DNA of 64,000 nt from Macrostomum lignano (Eukaryota): positions 83,910 to 147,909 of the forward strand of contig NIVC01002708.1 in assembly GCA_002269645.1 (NCBI GenBank), read 5' to 3'. The notes under the pieces were generated by a model, which was given only the letters and a program-made list of their open reading frames with translations, had not been told where the DNA came from and made no database searches. Positions 36,522 through 47,339 of this stretch are shown piece by piece (within the stretch, counting starts at the first letter, position 1; each line of letters opens with the position of its first letter). Made by a program: the position numbers and the translations under genes.

Positions 36522-39500
36522 AATGATGCAGCAGAACGGAGTTCAGCACGGGCGTCAGAGCTCGAACCTATCAGCCAGATCTGCCGCTTCATCTGCAACC
36601 GCCGCTGCCGCACTTCAAACCTCCCCATCCTCCTCCTGCCCCTCCTGTTCCTCCTCTGACGACGGCGATCACTCATCATCGCTGCTCGCGGCCGCTTCGG
36701 CGGGCATCGCGAACCGGCGACAGGGTCTTCGAGCAGCGGCGGGGGCGGCGGCGGCGGTGAAGAACAGCAAAGCGACGGCGCTGACGGAGGTGCTGCCGCG
36801 GCGAGAGCTGCCGGCTTTCCCAGCTGGCGGCTGCAGCCGGTCGTGGATGGCGGACGGCGCCGCTGGCGGAGAGGTCGGCGGCCGCCGGGAGCTGTCAGGA
36901 GCCGTGGGAGGCGGCAACCACGATGACGTGGTGCTGGTGCGATCGCGGTCGATCGACTGTCTGGACGGCGACGCTGCCAGCCTGCAGAGGCGGCGGTTGG
37001 CGTCGGCAGCCTCGGCGGCATTCCGGCCGCTGGTCAGCGAGTCCTGGCCGCACCATCCTGACGTGCTGCTCCGGGACAGCTTTTCCTACTCGGTGTCCGT
37101 GAGTTCCTCGGGGCCTTGACGGGTTTCGTTTGTTGGGCCATATACTACTGCTTGAGTAGCCAGTCGACGTCTTGTAGCTAGCATGAAAATTATTTCGCTT
37201 GCCATTTTAATTTACTAGCAGTAGTAATATAAGCAGGTTACAAGTAAAAAAAGTAAATGATTTTCATTGAATTCAAGTTTTTGATTGATTTATTATAAAA
37301 TATTTTTATCAAAATTTCTACTTTTAAAGGTATGATACCATGAGGCTCGATATTAAAAATGTTAATGCACTGCTTACGTTACTGCAAGTAAAAGTGACTT
37401 CAGAGAGTAGGCAGAATGGCGCCGACTCTCAGAGATTAGTGGTAGAATGGCGCCAACTTGCTCAGAGATTGGTGGTAGAATGGCGTTAACTCTCAAAGAT
37501 TGGTGGTAGAATGGCGCCAACTCTCAGAGATTGATGGTAGAATGGCGCCAACTCTCATAGATTGATGGTAGAATGGCGCCGACTCTCAAAGATTGATTGT
37601 AGAATGGCGCCAACTCTCAAAGATTAATGGTAGAATAACGCCGACTCTTAGAGATTGGTGGTAGAATGGCGCCAAATCTCAGAGATTGGTGGTAGAATGG
37701 CGCCAACTCTCAGAGATTGGTGGTAGAATGGCGCCAACTCTCAGAGATTGATGGTAGAATGGCGCCAACTCTCATAGATTGATGGTAGAATGGCGCCGAC
37801 TCTCAAAGATTGATTGTAGAATGGCGCCAACTCTCAAAGATTAATGGTAGAATAACGCCGACTCTTAGAGATTGGTGGTAGAATGGCGCCAAATCTCAGA
37901 GATTGGTGGTAGAATGGCGCCAACTCTCAAAGACTGGTGGTAGAATGGCGCCAACTCTCAAAGACTGGTGGTAGAATGGCGCCAACTCTCAAAGATTGGT
38001 GGTAGAATGGCGCCAACTCTCAAAGATTGATGGTAGAATGGCGCCAACTCTCAAAGATTGATGGTAGAATGGCGCCGACTCTTAGAGATTGGTGGTAGAA
38101 TGGCGCCAACTCTCAGAGATTGGTGGTAGAATGGCGCCAACTCTCAAAGACTGGTGGTAGAATGGCGCCAACTCTCAAAGACTGGTGGTAGAATGGCGCC
38201 AACTCTCAAAGACTGATGGTAGAATGGCGCCAACTCTCAAAGACTGATGGTAGAATGGCGCCAACTCTCAAAACTTAGTAATTAACTCAGGCGAGCCTGC
38301 ATACGAGTATCGTAACTAGTAATTATCGTAATTATAGTAATTATCGTAACTATAGTAACTATCGTAACGAGTATCGTAACTAGAATTCTGAAGACCGGAC
38401 GACAATATATTGGTTCATTATCTCCGAATTCCAGTATCTGGGTTTCCGCCCACTGGCAGACCATACGGACCCGACAGAGACCGCCCAGGTCATGCAGATG
38501 TTCCGCTGCAAGAGTGCCGACATTCTCAAGCTGCCCAGGATTCGTCTGACAGTGTGCTACAGAGGCGTGAAGTTCATCAATCCCGATAATGACGTGAGCT
38601 GCTGCGGAACCGATCTGTGTTTTTTAACTTGGCATTTCAGTTTCAATTGGATGGATTGGAGAATATTACAATTTTGAGAGTTTTAAACAGTAAAGCTGTT
38701 AGGTAAAACTACCAAGCGGAAATTACCAAGAGGAAATTACCAAGAGAAAACTACCTAGGGACGGGAGCTAGAAGGGGAAACTACCAAAAGAGCTAGTAAG
38801 GGGAAACTACAATAGTAAGGAGGAAGTACCAAGAAGAAACTACCAAGAGGAAACTACCAAATGAGCTAGTAAGAGGAAACTACCAAGGGAGCTAGTAAGA
38901 GGAAACTACCAAGGGAGCTAGTAAGAGGAAACTACCAAGGGAGCTAGTAAGAGGAAACTACCAAGGGAGCTAGTAAGAGGAAACTACCAAGGGAGCTAGT
39001 AAGGGGAAACTACCAAGGGAGCTAGTAAGGGGCAACTGCCAGAGGGAAGCTACAAATTAGGGAAACCAGGCATATTCAAGAAGCGAACCGCGCACTCTAT
39101 TGCAGATGGTGATCACTGAGCACCGGATAACGGAGATCTACTTCGCCTGTCAGGACAACACTCGGCGAGCCAATTTTGCTTACGTTACTAAGGACAGCGT
39201 GAACGGCGTGCACTATTGCCACTGCTTCGCCTCCCACTCACCTGTGAGTCTAACTGTGGCCCAGTATGGCAGTGGTGCTCACTTCCCACTGAGTCTCATC
39301 CTAAAATTTGTCCCACAGAGATCTCATGCCTAAGAAAACTGTCCCACAGGGATCTCATGCCTGATAAAACTGTCCCACAGGGATCTCATGCCTGAGAAAA
39401 CTGTCCCACAGGGATCTCATGCCTGAGAAAACTGTCCTACAGAGATCTCATGCCTGAGAAAACTGTCCCACAGAGATCTCATGCCTGAGAAAACTGTCCC

Positions 39501-39807
39501 ACAGGGATCTCATGCCTGAGAAAACTGTCCTACAGAGATCTTATGCCTGAGAAAACTGTCCCACAGAGATCTCATCCTTGAGAAAACTGTCCCAGAGAGA
39601 TCTCATGCCTGAGAAAATTGTCCCACAGAGATCTCATCCTTAAGAACAAATCGTAACAACCCACAGGAGACGGCAGTGCTCATCATCCAGACCCTGTCCG
39701 AGGCGTGCGGCCTCGCCAATCAGCTGATCGAATTCAACCAGCTGCGCCGTCAGCTGCAGCCAGACGCCCGCAGACGATCGAGTCGGAAGCGGAACAAACA
39801 GACTTGA
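25828..39807 (+). CDS. ANKS1: ANKS1/AIDA-1-like SAM-SAM-PTB adaptor protein, 8 exons, ~548 aa
   Basis: Join 25828-25854,27930-28133,29783-29891,35884-36032,36379-37098,38435-38593,39106-39243,39667-39807 (1647 nt, all phases match). SAM1: LDDWAAL...LLAHGFDCAGFINGVLSDADLQELGVRSGMQRRRILAAVQELP. SAM2 ends RFGLHKLGHRRRV. PTB: SWPHHPDVLL..SYSVSYLG...RLTVCYRGVKFI...EHRITEIYFACQD...FAYVTKD...HYCHCF...IIQTLSEAC. The first exon (MDGPSTWAE) is less certain. Confidence 0.82.
27631..27895. repeat. 35-bp minisatellite CCGGTTGCTATGGTACACAACCGTGAAAACAAGTG
   Basis: ~7 copies directly upstream of ANKS1-like exon 2. Confidence 0.9.
28195..29682. repeat. 57-bp minisatellite with higher-order (~450 bp) structure
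   Basis: Unit CCAAGGGAAACCCCGTTGCTATGCTGATTCAGGGCACCTATTAAAGGGAATCCGTAT. Variant units containing GGAGTTGTAATGCTGATCAAGGGAACATTTTC recur at ~28721, 28890, 29171, 29340 and 29620. Confidence 0.95.
30480..30640. repeat. 20-bp minisatellite TCAGATCAAAGTGGCGTCGC (LTR element insertion target; continues at 35655-35700)
   Basis: The same unit is present on both sides of the retrotransposon. Confidence 0.9.
30647..30856 (+). repeat. 5' LTR
   Basis: TGTAGGG...CTTACA, identical to the 3' LTR except T30718 vs C35512. Confidence 0.97.
30858..30868 (+). other. Primer binding site, probably tRNA-Leu
   Basis: TGGTGGCAGCG lies 1 nt after the 5' LTR. It is complementary to the ...CGCUGCCA-CCA 3' end of metazoan tRNA-Leu, recalled from knowledge rather than searched. 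Confidence 0.7.
30891..31690 (+). pseudogene. gag: Retrotransposon gag, frameshifted between two zinc knuckles
   Basis: ATG 30891: MAQNTLLPPKFSGTDGTDVRKWLRIFE (PxxFxG gag motif). The first knuckle CFNCGQL is truncated. The second knuckle CHKCSGRGHKDSVC is in another frame and ends at TAA 31688-31690. Confidence 0.85.
31630..35346 (+). pseudogene. pol: Retrotransposon pol (protease, RT, RNase H, integrase) with an in-frame stop at 34237
   Basis: LLDTGA protease; IAYIDDL RT; CDSS / TDH RNase H; HDRPSAGH...CLVC zinc finger followed by TAA (probably CAA>TAA). The same frame resumes with the integrase core QLD / HSDQG / VERFN and a WSGPF motif. Confidence 0.93.
35441..35650 (+). repeat. 3' LTR
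   Basis: Direct repeat of 30647-30856, preceded by a polypurine tract at 35429-35440. Confidence 0.97.
37408..38272. repeat. ~31-bp minisatellite GGTAGAATGGCGCCAACTCTCAGAGATTGGT
   Basis: Direct reading; ANKS1-like intron 5. Confidence 0.95.
38705..39040. repeat. ~26-bp minisatellite AAGAGGAAACTACCAAGGGAGCTAGT
   Basis: Direct reading; ANKS1-like intron 6. Confidence 0.9.
39308..39640. repeat. 31-bp minisatellite TGTCCCACAGAGATCTCATGCCTGAGAAAAC
   Basis: ~11 copies; ANKS1-like last intron. Confidence 0.93.
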
Positions 39808-39897
39808 TAAATTCAAAGATCAAAAATTTGATTCTGCCACTAAATAATCGTAGCTATAGAACAAGCATGACAACAGGAGGCTTCCAAGGATTTCTTC

Positions 39898-40535
39898 GAA
39901 TCGTGTGAATTGAAGGCCGATCAGCAACTCAAAATCGTGTGAATTGAAGGCCCAATCAGCAACTCAGAATCGTGTGAATTGAAGGTCGATTAGCAACTCA
40001 AAATCGTGTGAATTGAAGGCCGATTAGCAACTCAAAATCGTGTGAATTAAAGGCCGATCAGCAACTCAAAATCGTGTGAATTGAAGGCCGATCAGCGACT
40101 TAAAATCGTGTGAATTGAAGGCCGATCAGCAACTCAAAATCGTGTGAATTGAAGGCCGATCAGCAACTTAAAATCGTGTGAATTGAAGGCCGATCAGCAA
40201 CTTAAAATCGTGTGAATTGAAGGCCGATCAGCAACTCAAAATCGTGTGAATTGAAGGCCGATCAGCAACTCAAAATCGTGTGAATTGAAGGCCGATCAGC
40301 AACTCAAAATCGTGTGAATTGAAGGCCGATCAGCAACTTAAAATCGTGTGAATTGAAGGCCGATCAGCAACTCAAAATCGTGTGAATTGAAGGCCGATCA
40401 GCAACTCAAAATCGTGTGAATTGAAGGCCGATCAGCAACTCAAAATCGTGTGAATTGAAGGCCGATCAGCAACTTAAAATCGTGTGAATTGAAGGCCCAC
40501 AAAAAACTTAAACTCGTGTGAATTGAAGGCCGATT
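39898..40535. repeat. 34-bp minisatellite AATCGTGTGAATTGAAGGCCGATCAGCAACTCAA
   Basis: ~19 copies starting ~90 nt after the ANKS1-like stop. Confidence 0.95.
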
Positions 40536-41119
40536 CAACCTACGCTGCTTTTCAATATTCGTTGATGAGAAAATGATCTCAGAAAAACTACAGTTGCTAC
40601 ATTTGACCCGACGTAGTCTCTATTGTCCATTATCTTTCATGTAATCATTTTATTGATAAATAATCGCTATGCATACATTATCAGTAAATTAATATAAAAG
40701 ACAAGACACTCGGGAGTTTTAACTCGATTTGCTCGCCAGCACAGTATTATAATATATGCATATATTGCTCATAATAGTAGCATGAGTTAAACAGTGCATT
40801 AATTAGATCATACTATTATAACAAATCAAAAAGCAGGAAACAAACCAAGTCTGCGGTCTAAATTTATAACAAATCTATTGTGCAGAGAGGAATCATTAGC
40901 AATGTATTCTTGGATGCATTGCATTTACCGTCATATTAATAATAAATTAACTATTATTATAGATATAGTGACAACAAAAATAAGCACAATACTAGCTAGA
41001 TTATATATAATGTCAGAAAATTCAATTTAAAATCAGCCTCATCTACCTACTGCTAGTAGCGTCTGCTGAATATACAAACATGAACTAAAATAGTTGAATC
41101 AAAAACTTCTTAAAAATGT

Positions 41120-42078
41120 TTATCGGAAATTCTCGCCCGAGAACACGCCCTTGGCGCGACGGAACACGCTGTCCTTGCTGGCATCGTAGGGATGCTCCTT
41201 CGAGGGGATCTCCAAAACCGACGGCAGAGGCGCCGTGTGCTGATCGATCACGGGACGGATCATCTCGGCAATGTGCTGCACTACAAGAATGATTGACACG
41301 TCGTCTCGGGCTACCAAGCGTTTGAAGGCCTCCTCGATATCGTGCACTCTGAGTAGCGGGTGAGGGCGACCAATATTTATCTTTAGTTTATCGGCTTATA
41401 AGTCAGCAGGTTCTTGACAGGTTTAGGAGTGACTCTTGGGGTTTAGGGGCGATTCTTAGGGTGAGGGGCGATTCTTAAAGTTTAGAGGCGATTCTTTGGG
41501 TTTAGGGGCAATTCTTAGGGTTTAGGAGCGATTCTTAGGGTTTAGGGGCGATTCTTAGGGTTTAGGGGCGATTCTTAGGGTTTAGGAGCGATTCTTAGGG
41601 TTTAGGGGCGATTCTTAGGGTTTAGGGGCGATTCTTAGGGTTTAGGGGCGATTCTTAGGGTTTAGGGGCGATTCTTAGGGTTTAGGGGCGATTCTTAGGG
41701 TTTAGGGGCGATTCTTAGGGTTTAGGGGCGATTCTTAGGGTTTAGGGGCGATTCTTAGGGTTTAGGGGCGATTCTTAGGGTTTTTTGGGCGATTCTTAAT
41801 GTAGGTTTAGGGGCGATTCCTAAGGTAGGTTTAGGGGCGATTTCTATAATAGCTAAGATCTTTCGGTAGGGCTTAGGGGCAGTTCCTGAACACAAAAGCA
41901 CACACATTAAGCGAGTGGCCAGCCCACACCCCGCTCACTTGGTGTTGTTATCCACAACAAAAAAATTGTTGCCCTTCCGCTTATCCGACTCGCCAATGCC
42001 GCCGAGCAGGAATCCGGTGATTGTGTCCTCGTCTCCGATGATGGCCATCAGTTTACCTCTGGCGGCTGCTAGCGACAT
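41120..42078 (-). CDS. ATP6V1F: V-type proton ATPase subunit F, 2 coding exons (42078-41939, 41348-41120), 122 aa
   Basis: [23 protein letters not shown]...FFVVD...IEEAFK...[16 protein letters not shown]...[26 protein letters not shown] is the V1-F signature. Intron 41938-41349 is phase 2, GT-AG. Confidence 0.97.
41425..41835. repeat. 20-bp telomere-motif minisatellite TTAGGGTTTAGGGGCGATTC
   Basis: ATP6V1F intron; each unit contains TTAGGG twice. Confidence 0.95.
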
Positions 42079-42164
42079 GACTGAGTGAGTGGGAGAATCA
42101 CTGCTGCAATGCGGGTGGGAGATCGTGTGATGCGCTGCGAGCATAGGCCAGCCTATCGTTGAGT

Positions 42165-43035
42165 CTAAGCGAATCTCAGTGTGGTTTAGGCGAATCTCAG
42201 TGTGGCATGGGCGAAGCTCAGTGTGGCATGGGCGAAGCTCAGTGTGGCATGGGCGAAGCTCAGTGTGGCATGGGCAAATCTCAGGGTGGTTTAGGCGAAT
42301 CTCAGGGCAGCTTAGGCGAATCTCAGGGGGGGGTTAGGCGAATCTCAGGGGGGGTTAGGCGAATCTCAGGGGGGTTTAGGCGAATCTCAGTGTAGTTTAG
42401 GCAAATCTCAGTGTGGCATGGGCGAATCTCAGGGGGGGGGGTTAGGCGAATCTCAGGGGGTTTAGGCGAATCTCAGGGCAGCTTAGGCGAATCTCAGGGG
42501 GGGGGTTAGGCGAATCTCAGGGGGTTTAGGCGAATCTCAGGGCAGCTTAGGCGAATCTCAGGGGGGGTTAGGCGAATCTCAGGGGGGTTTAGGCGAATCT
42601 CAGTGTGGCATGGGCGAAGCTCAGTGTGGCATGGGCGAAGCTCAGTGTGGCATGGGCGAAGCTCAGTGTGGCATGGGCGAAGCTCAGTGTGGCATGGGCA
42701 AATCTCAGGGTGGTTTAGGCGAATCTCAGGGCAGCTTAGGCGAATCTCAGGGGGGGGTTAGGCGAATCTCAGGGGGGTTAGGCGAATCTCAGGGGGGTTT
42801 AGGCGAATCTCAGTGTAGTTTAGGCAAATCTCAGTGTGGCATGGGCGAATCTCAGGGGGGGGGGTTAGGCGAATCTCAGGGGGTTTAGGCGAATCTCAGG
42901 GCAGCTTAGGCGAATCTCAGGGGGGGGGGGTTAGGCGAATCTCAGGGGTTTAGGCGAATCTCAGGGCAGCTTAGGCGAATCTCAGGGGGGGTTAGGCGAA
43001 TCTCAGGGGGGTTTAGGCGAATCTCAGTGTGGTAT
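42165..43035. repeat. ~20-bp minisatellite TTAGGCGAATCTCAGGGGGG / TGGGCGAAGCTCAGTGTGGCA with a ~410-bp higher-order duplication
   Basis: Direct reading, upstream of the ATP6V1F ATG. Confidence 0.92.
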
Positions 43036-43924
43036 GAGCAAAGAATCCTAAACTGATTAGTACTTAAATTTTAGTGGATCTCTCGTAGTTTAAATAATTT
43101 AAAAAGCCTAACAAAACTTACAAATAATCAAAATTCTCTTCGATCGCTTGCGTGCCATTTTGACATAAAATTTATTAAATAACAATTCTCAAAAAGCAAA
43201 GATAGATCCACATAGATGTGCAGAATAGAATAACAAGCATAGTAATATTAATTCGTTGCAAAGCAAATAGAGCTAAGCTTTTATTATTGCGTACTACGGC
43301 TCGTAACTACTGTTCATAAGTAGCGTCTTGTCAGTAAACTATTTAATTTGATGTACAGATAGTAGCACTTTGGGCAAAAAGTTACACAACAAAAACCGGA
43401 ATGCAAAAAGTAAAGACATGAATGATACGTGGGTATTATAGCATAAAATACGCTGGGTTGTGAACTAAAGTACTCTAAAGATATTAATGTTTTCTAATTC
43501 TAAAGATACTGTCATTATGGGACAAAGTAACGGGAACTCAGAAATTAAGAAAATAAAAAATATAAATAGCTTTAAAAACGCGGATTTAAATACTGCAACT
43601 CAATGCTAAAACACATTCGCTGCTCTCACTACTCAATAAGATATGAAGCGGAGATGATGGGATTTTTTGAAAGACAACATAACTTAATTAAGGCATGAGC
43701 GCCAGGTGCAAATAAATATGTTTTTACGCTTAGAAATACTTTTTTTAACTGAGTGCTTTAAATGGGCACTAGCTATTGGAGCTGTACAAAAACTTGCCGA
43801 TATGTAGCGCAAATAATATAATAGTGCAGAAATTTCATCGCATAGACTATACATTAAGCGTGTGTAAGGCTTTAAATCAAATTGGCAAGCATGTGCTGCA
43901 AAACTGCTATTCAGGGAAAGTGAT

Positions 43925-44425
43925 AGGGCTCGAGAGGAGAGGTGGAATAAGAGAAAAAGAGAGGAGGGGCGAGGAAATGAGATGAGAGAAGAGGGAAGAG
44001 AAAAACAGATGACAAAAGAGAGAAAAAGAGAGGAGGGTCCAGGAGATGAGATGAGAGAGATGGGAGGACAGAGGAGATGAGATGAGAGGAGTTGAGAGGA
44101 GAGAGATGCGAGCAAAGATGAGATGGGAGGAGGGAGATAACGTAGAGATGAGATGAAAGATGGGGTGAGAGGAGATGAGAGAGGAGAGGCGAGGAGAGGA
44201 GAGGCGAGGAAAGGAGAGGAAAATAGAGGAGAGGAGAGGAGACTGGAGGAGATGAGAGGAGAGAGGAAATGAAAGGAGAGAGAAGATGAAAGGATATGAG
44301 AGGAGAGCAGAGAAGAGAAGAGAGAAATGAAAGCCAAAGGAGAGGAGACGAGAGGAGCTGAGATGAGAGAGGAGAAAAAGAGGAAATAAGATGGGATGGG
44401 AGAGGAGGGACGGGGAGTAAAGAGG
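43925..44425. repeat. AG-rich low-complexity tract
   Basis: GAGAG/GAGAT repeats in the PRPSAP 3' region. Confidence 0.85.
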
Positions 44426-44600
44426 AATACAAACAGAAGAGAGAAGATTATAGTGGCAATGGCAACAGATGAAATAAAACTGACAGATGATACAATACAG
44501 TGATATCCGTCGCAAACTAAAATCCAAGATTACACGCAACTAAGCGATAAGGATGGACAGAATCAATCAATTGGAAAGAGAAGGCGAGCTAGCCAGCCAG

Positions 44601-47216
44601 CTAGTCGTCGCAGGACACGTGTGTAAACAAATAAGACATGCTCTCATTATTGTGTATGCGCCGGATGCCCTCAGCAACCAGCACAGACACGTCTACAGTT
44701 TTGATTTTGTGACACTGCATCTTCTGCACCTCGTGCGGCACTGTGTTGGTGACCACTACTTCGTCTATGCGACAGTCGTGGGCGGCTATTTTAGTAGCGG
44801 CATCGGCGCTCAACAGGCCGTGGGTGGCCATCACGATGACTCGGTAGGCGCCGCGGTCGTGCAGCAGCTCGGCGGCTCGTACAAACTGTTCAATATCGTC
44901 TACCATGTCCTCTACGATGATGGCGATGCGACCGGAGACGTCGCCAACTAGCTGCATGTGAGCCTTCTCCTTGGCCACAGGCATTGGGAAGAATTTCACT
45001 CCGGCATGGTGCAGCGGTCTGGCGTTTGATTGCCGAAATTACAGCATGTAAATTAATGCATGACTAGCCCTCCTACGCAATCCCTGCCTTACCCTCCTAG
45101 ACAATCCCTGTCTTACCCTCATAGACAATCCCTGCCTTACCCTCATAGACAATCCTTGTCTTACCCTCATAGACAATCCCTGTCTTACCCTCATAGACAA
45201 TCCCTGTCTTACCCTCATAGACAATCCCTGCCCTACCCTCCTAGACAATCCCTGCCTTACCCTCCTAGACAATCCCTGCCTTACCCTCCTAGACAATCCC
45301 TGCCTTACCCTCATAGACAATCCCTGTCTTACCCTCCTAGACAATCCCTGCCTTACCCTCCTAGACAATCCCTGTCTTACCCTCCTAGACAATCCCTGCC
45401 TTACCCTCATAGACAATCCCTGCCTTACCCTCCCAGTGGTACCTCCCTAGATAAAACTATCCAAATAAGCAGTCGAGCACTTGATCAATAATAACGAAGA
45501 ATGCAAAGTAAAGAAACAGCATATTCAACTCTACCAGCTATGAAACTATATAATAACTTTAACAATAAAGGCAGATTATTATAATTTATACACGCGAATA
45601 AGTCATCAGTGTAACAAAATAAAAATCCATAAAATGGCAAAGCCTATACTTGAATAACTGCATATGCTACATAGTAACTGTAACGAAATCCTCCCAACCT
45701 CATTAAGCAAATATAATAGTGAAAGTACAGACTTCAATAATTTAAGCACTATAGTTGCCATGCAATGCAGATAATACGTAAATACCTGTGGCCCAGACGG
45801 GCGGGCTGTTTTAATCCACGAGTTAGCCTGGAAATATTGGTTCGAAGTTTTACAGTGCTTAATGCACTCAATAGCTACTGACAGGGTTAAATACGTTTTG
45901 CTTAATAATTTTTAATGTGCTACATGTAAGTACAAACCATAGTACACAACTCGAAAAACAACAATTAAAAGCATATTGAATCTACAAACCCGGTACTTTG
46001 TGTATAAGTTTATGTACTTTTAATGTCAATATATGTACTTTAAATCTAAAAATGTACTTTTAATCTAAAAATGTACTTTTAATCTAAATTTGTAGTTTGA
46101 ATCTAATCGATGTACTTTTATTATAAATCTATGTACTTTTAAATCTAAATCTATGTACTTCGAGTCTAAATCTATGTACTTTGAGTATAAATCTATGTAC
46201 TTTGAGTATAAATCTATGTACTTTGAGTATAAATCTATGTACTTCGAGCATAAATCTATGTACTTTAAATCTAAATCCAGACACGCTCTCGCAGTTCGGA
46301 ACGGATTGAAGGTCCCAGAGAAACCCAGAATCAAAGCAATCTAACGCACAGAAAACTATCAGGACACTAAGCAATGAAAATACACGTTACTATTTGCAGA
46401 AGTACTATAACAAGCAAAATCAAAGCGCAAATTAAGATCCTGCCCGGATCTACTAGCTACTAACCTTCGCTCTTCGACAGCACCTACGCCGCTAGCGCCA
46501 CCAACGCCACCAGACGCTCCGGCAGCTTCCAACTGATCAGCCTGCTGCATGGGCGGCGGCGGCGAGTTCCTACCGTCGGCCTGTTCCGATTCCGAGTGCT
46601 CCTCGCCGTGAATAACGGCCAAGGGCAGCCGGAGCCGTTCAGAATAGGAAGCGGCCCGCTGCATAGCGGCGGCATTCCTGGCCACAATGACCGCATTGCG
46701 ATAATCCGACACGTCGTTCATCACGTATTGGATTAGAAACGAAGACGCTCTCAGATTGTCAATAGGCACGCTGTAGAAGCCTTGAATCTCTTTCTTATGC
46801 AAGTCAACCGTGATCATGCGGCTTAGGCCGGTGTGACAGAATAGCGCGGCTAATAGCCTACTAACGATTGCGCCGCGTTTTCTCATCTTACTCTGCTTAC
46901 AGTAGGGCAGATAGGGCATGACAACGTTAATAGTGCGAGCGTCGGCGGTTTTACAAGCGTACATCATTATAATGAGCTCCATAATATCGTTATTAACGTT
47001 CTTAGTGCCAGTTTGAATAATAAACACGTCCCTAGATCGCATTGTCTCGTTGATTTCAACGCTAGTCTCTCTGTTGCTTTTTTGTAGCACGGATACGCTG
47101 CCTAGAGGCACGGAGAGGTACCTGGATACCAGGCGGGCGAATTCCGGATGCGAGTTGCCGGCTAGAAGTACCATGCCTTTGGTTGGCATGCCCATTGCTG
47201 TGGCCTGGCGATTCAT
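44601..47216 (-). CDS. PRPSAP: Phosphoribosyl pyrophosphate synthase-associated protein (non-catalytic PRPS paralogue), 2 coding exons (47216-46465, 45018-44601), ~389 aa
   Basis: NRETSVEI...DVFIIQT...[34 protein letters not shown]; DNLRASSFL; a GRNSPPP insert and [17 protein letters not shown] typical of PAP39/41. The PRPP-binding loop is degenerate (EDMVDDIE instead of DDMADTCGT). It ends [14 protein letters not shown]. Confidence 0.93.
45062..45432. repeat. 24-bp minisatellite CCTTACCCTCCTAGACAATCCCTG
   Basis: ~15 copies; PRPSAP intron. Confidence 0.95.
46010..46275. repeat. 21-bp AT-rich minisatellite AAATCTATGTACTTTGAGTAT
   Basis: Direct reading; PRPSAP intron. Confidence 0.88.
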
Positions 47217-47339
47217 TCTGCCGCTGCAAAGCATCAGTATTGAAGTTGGTTGTGCAGCTGCACTGTGCATATATTTCATACTGCATGCGTTTAGCACTGA
47301 TTGCTAAGGACTATCTGTGCTCCAATGATAAATTAATGG

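Noticed and set aside
44553-44951. Plus-strand ORFs antisense to real exons (also 47050-47425, 52651-53096, 60973-61257 and many within pol)
   Set aside because: These are shadow ORFs of GC-rich coding sequence on the opposite strand or frame.
44601-47216. Calling this a catalytic PRPS1
   Set aside because: The PRPP-binding loop is degenerate and the GRNSPPP insert and C-terminus match the non-catalytic associated proteins.
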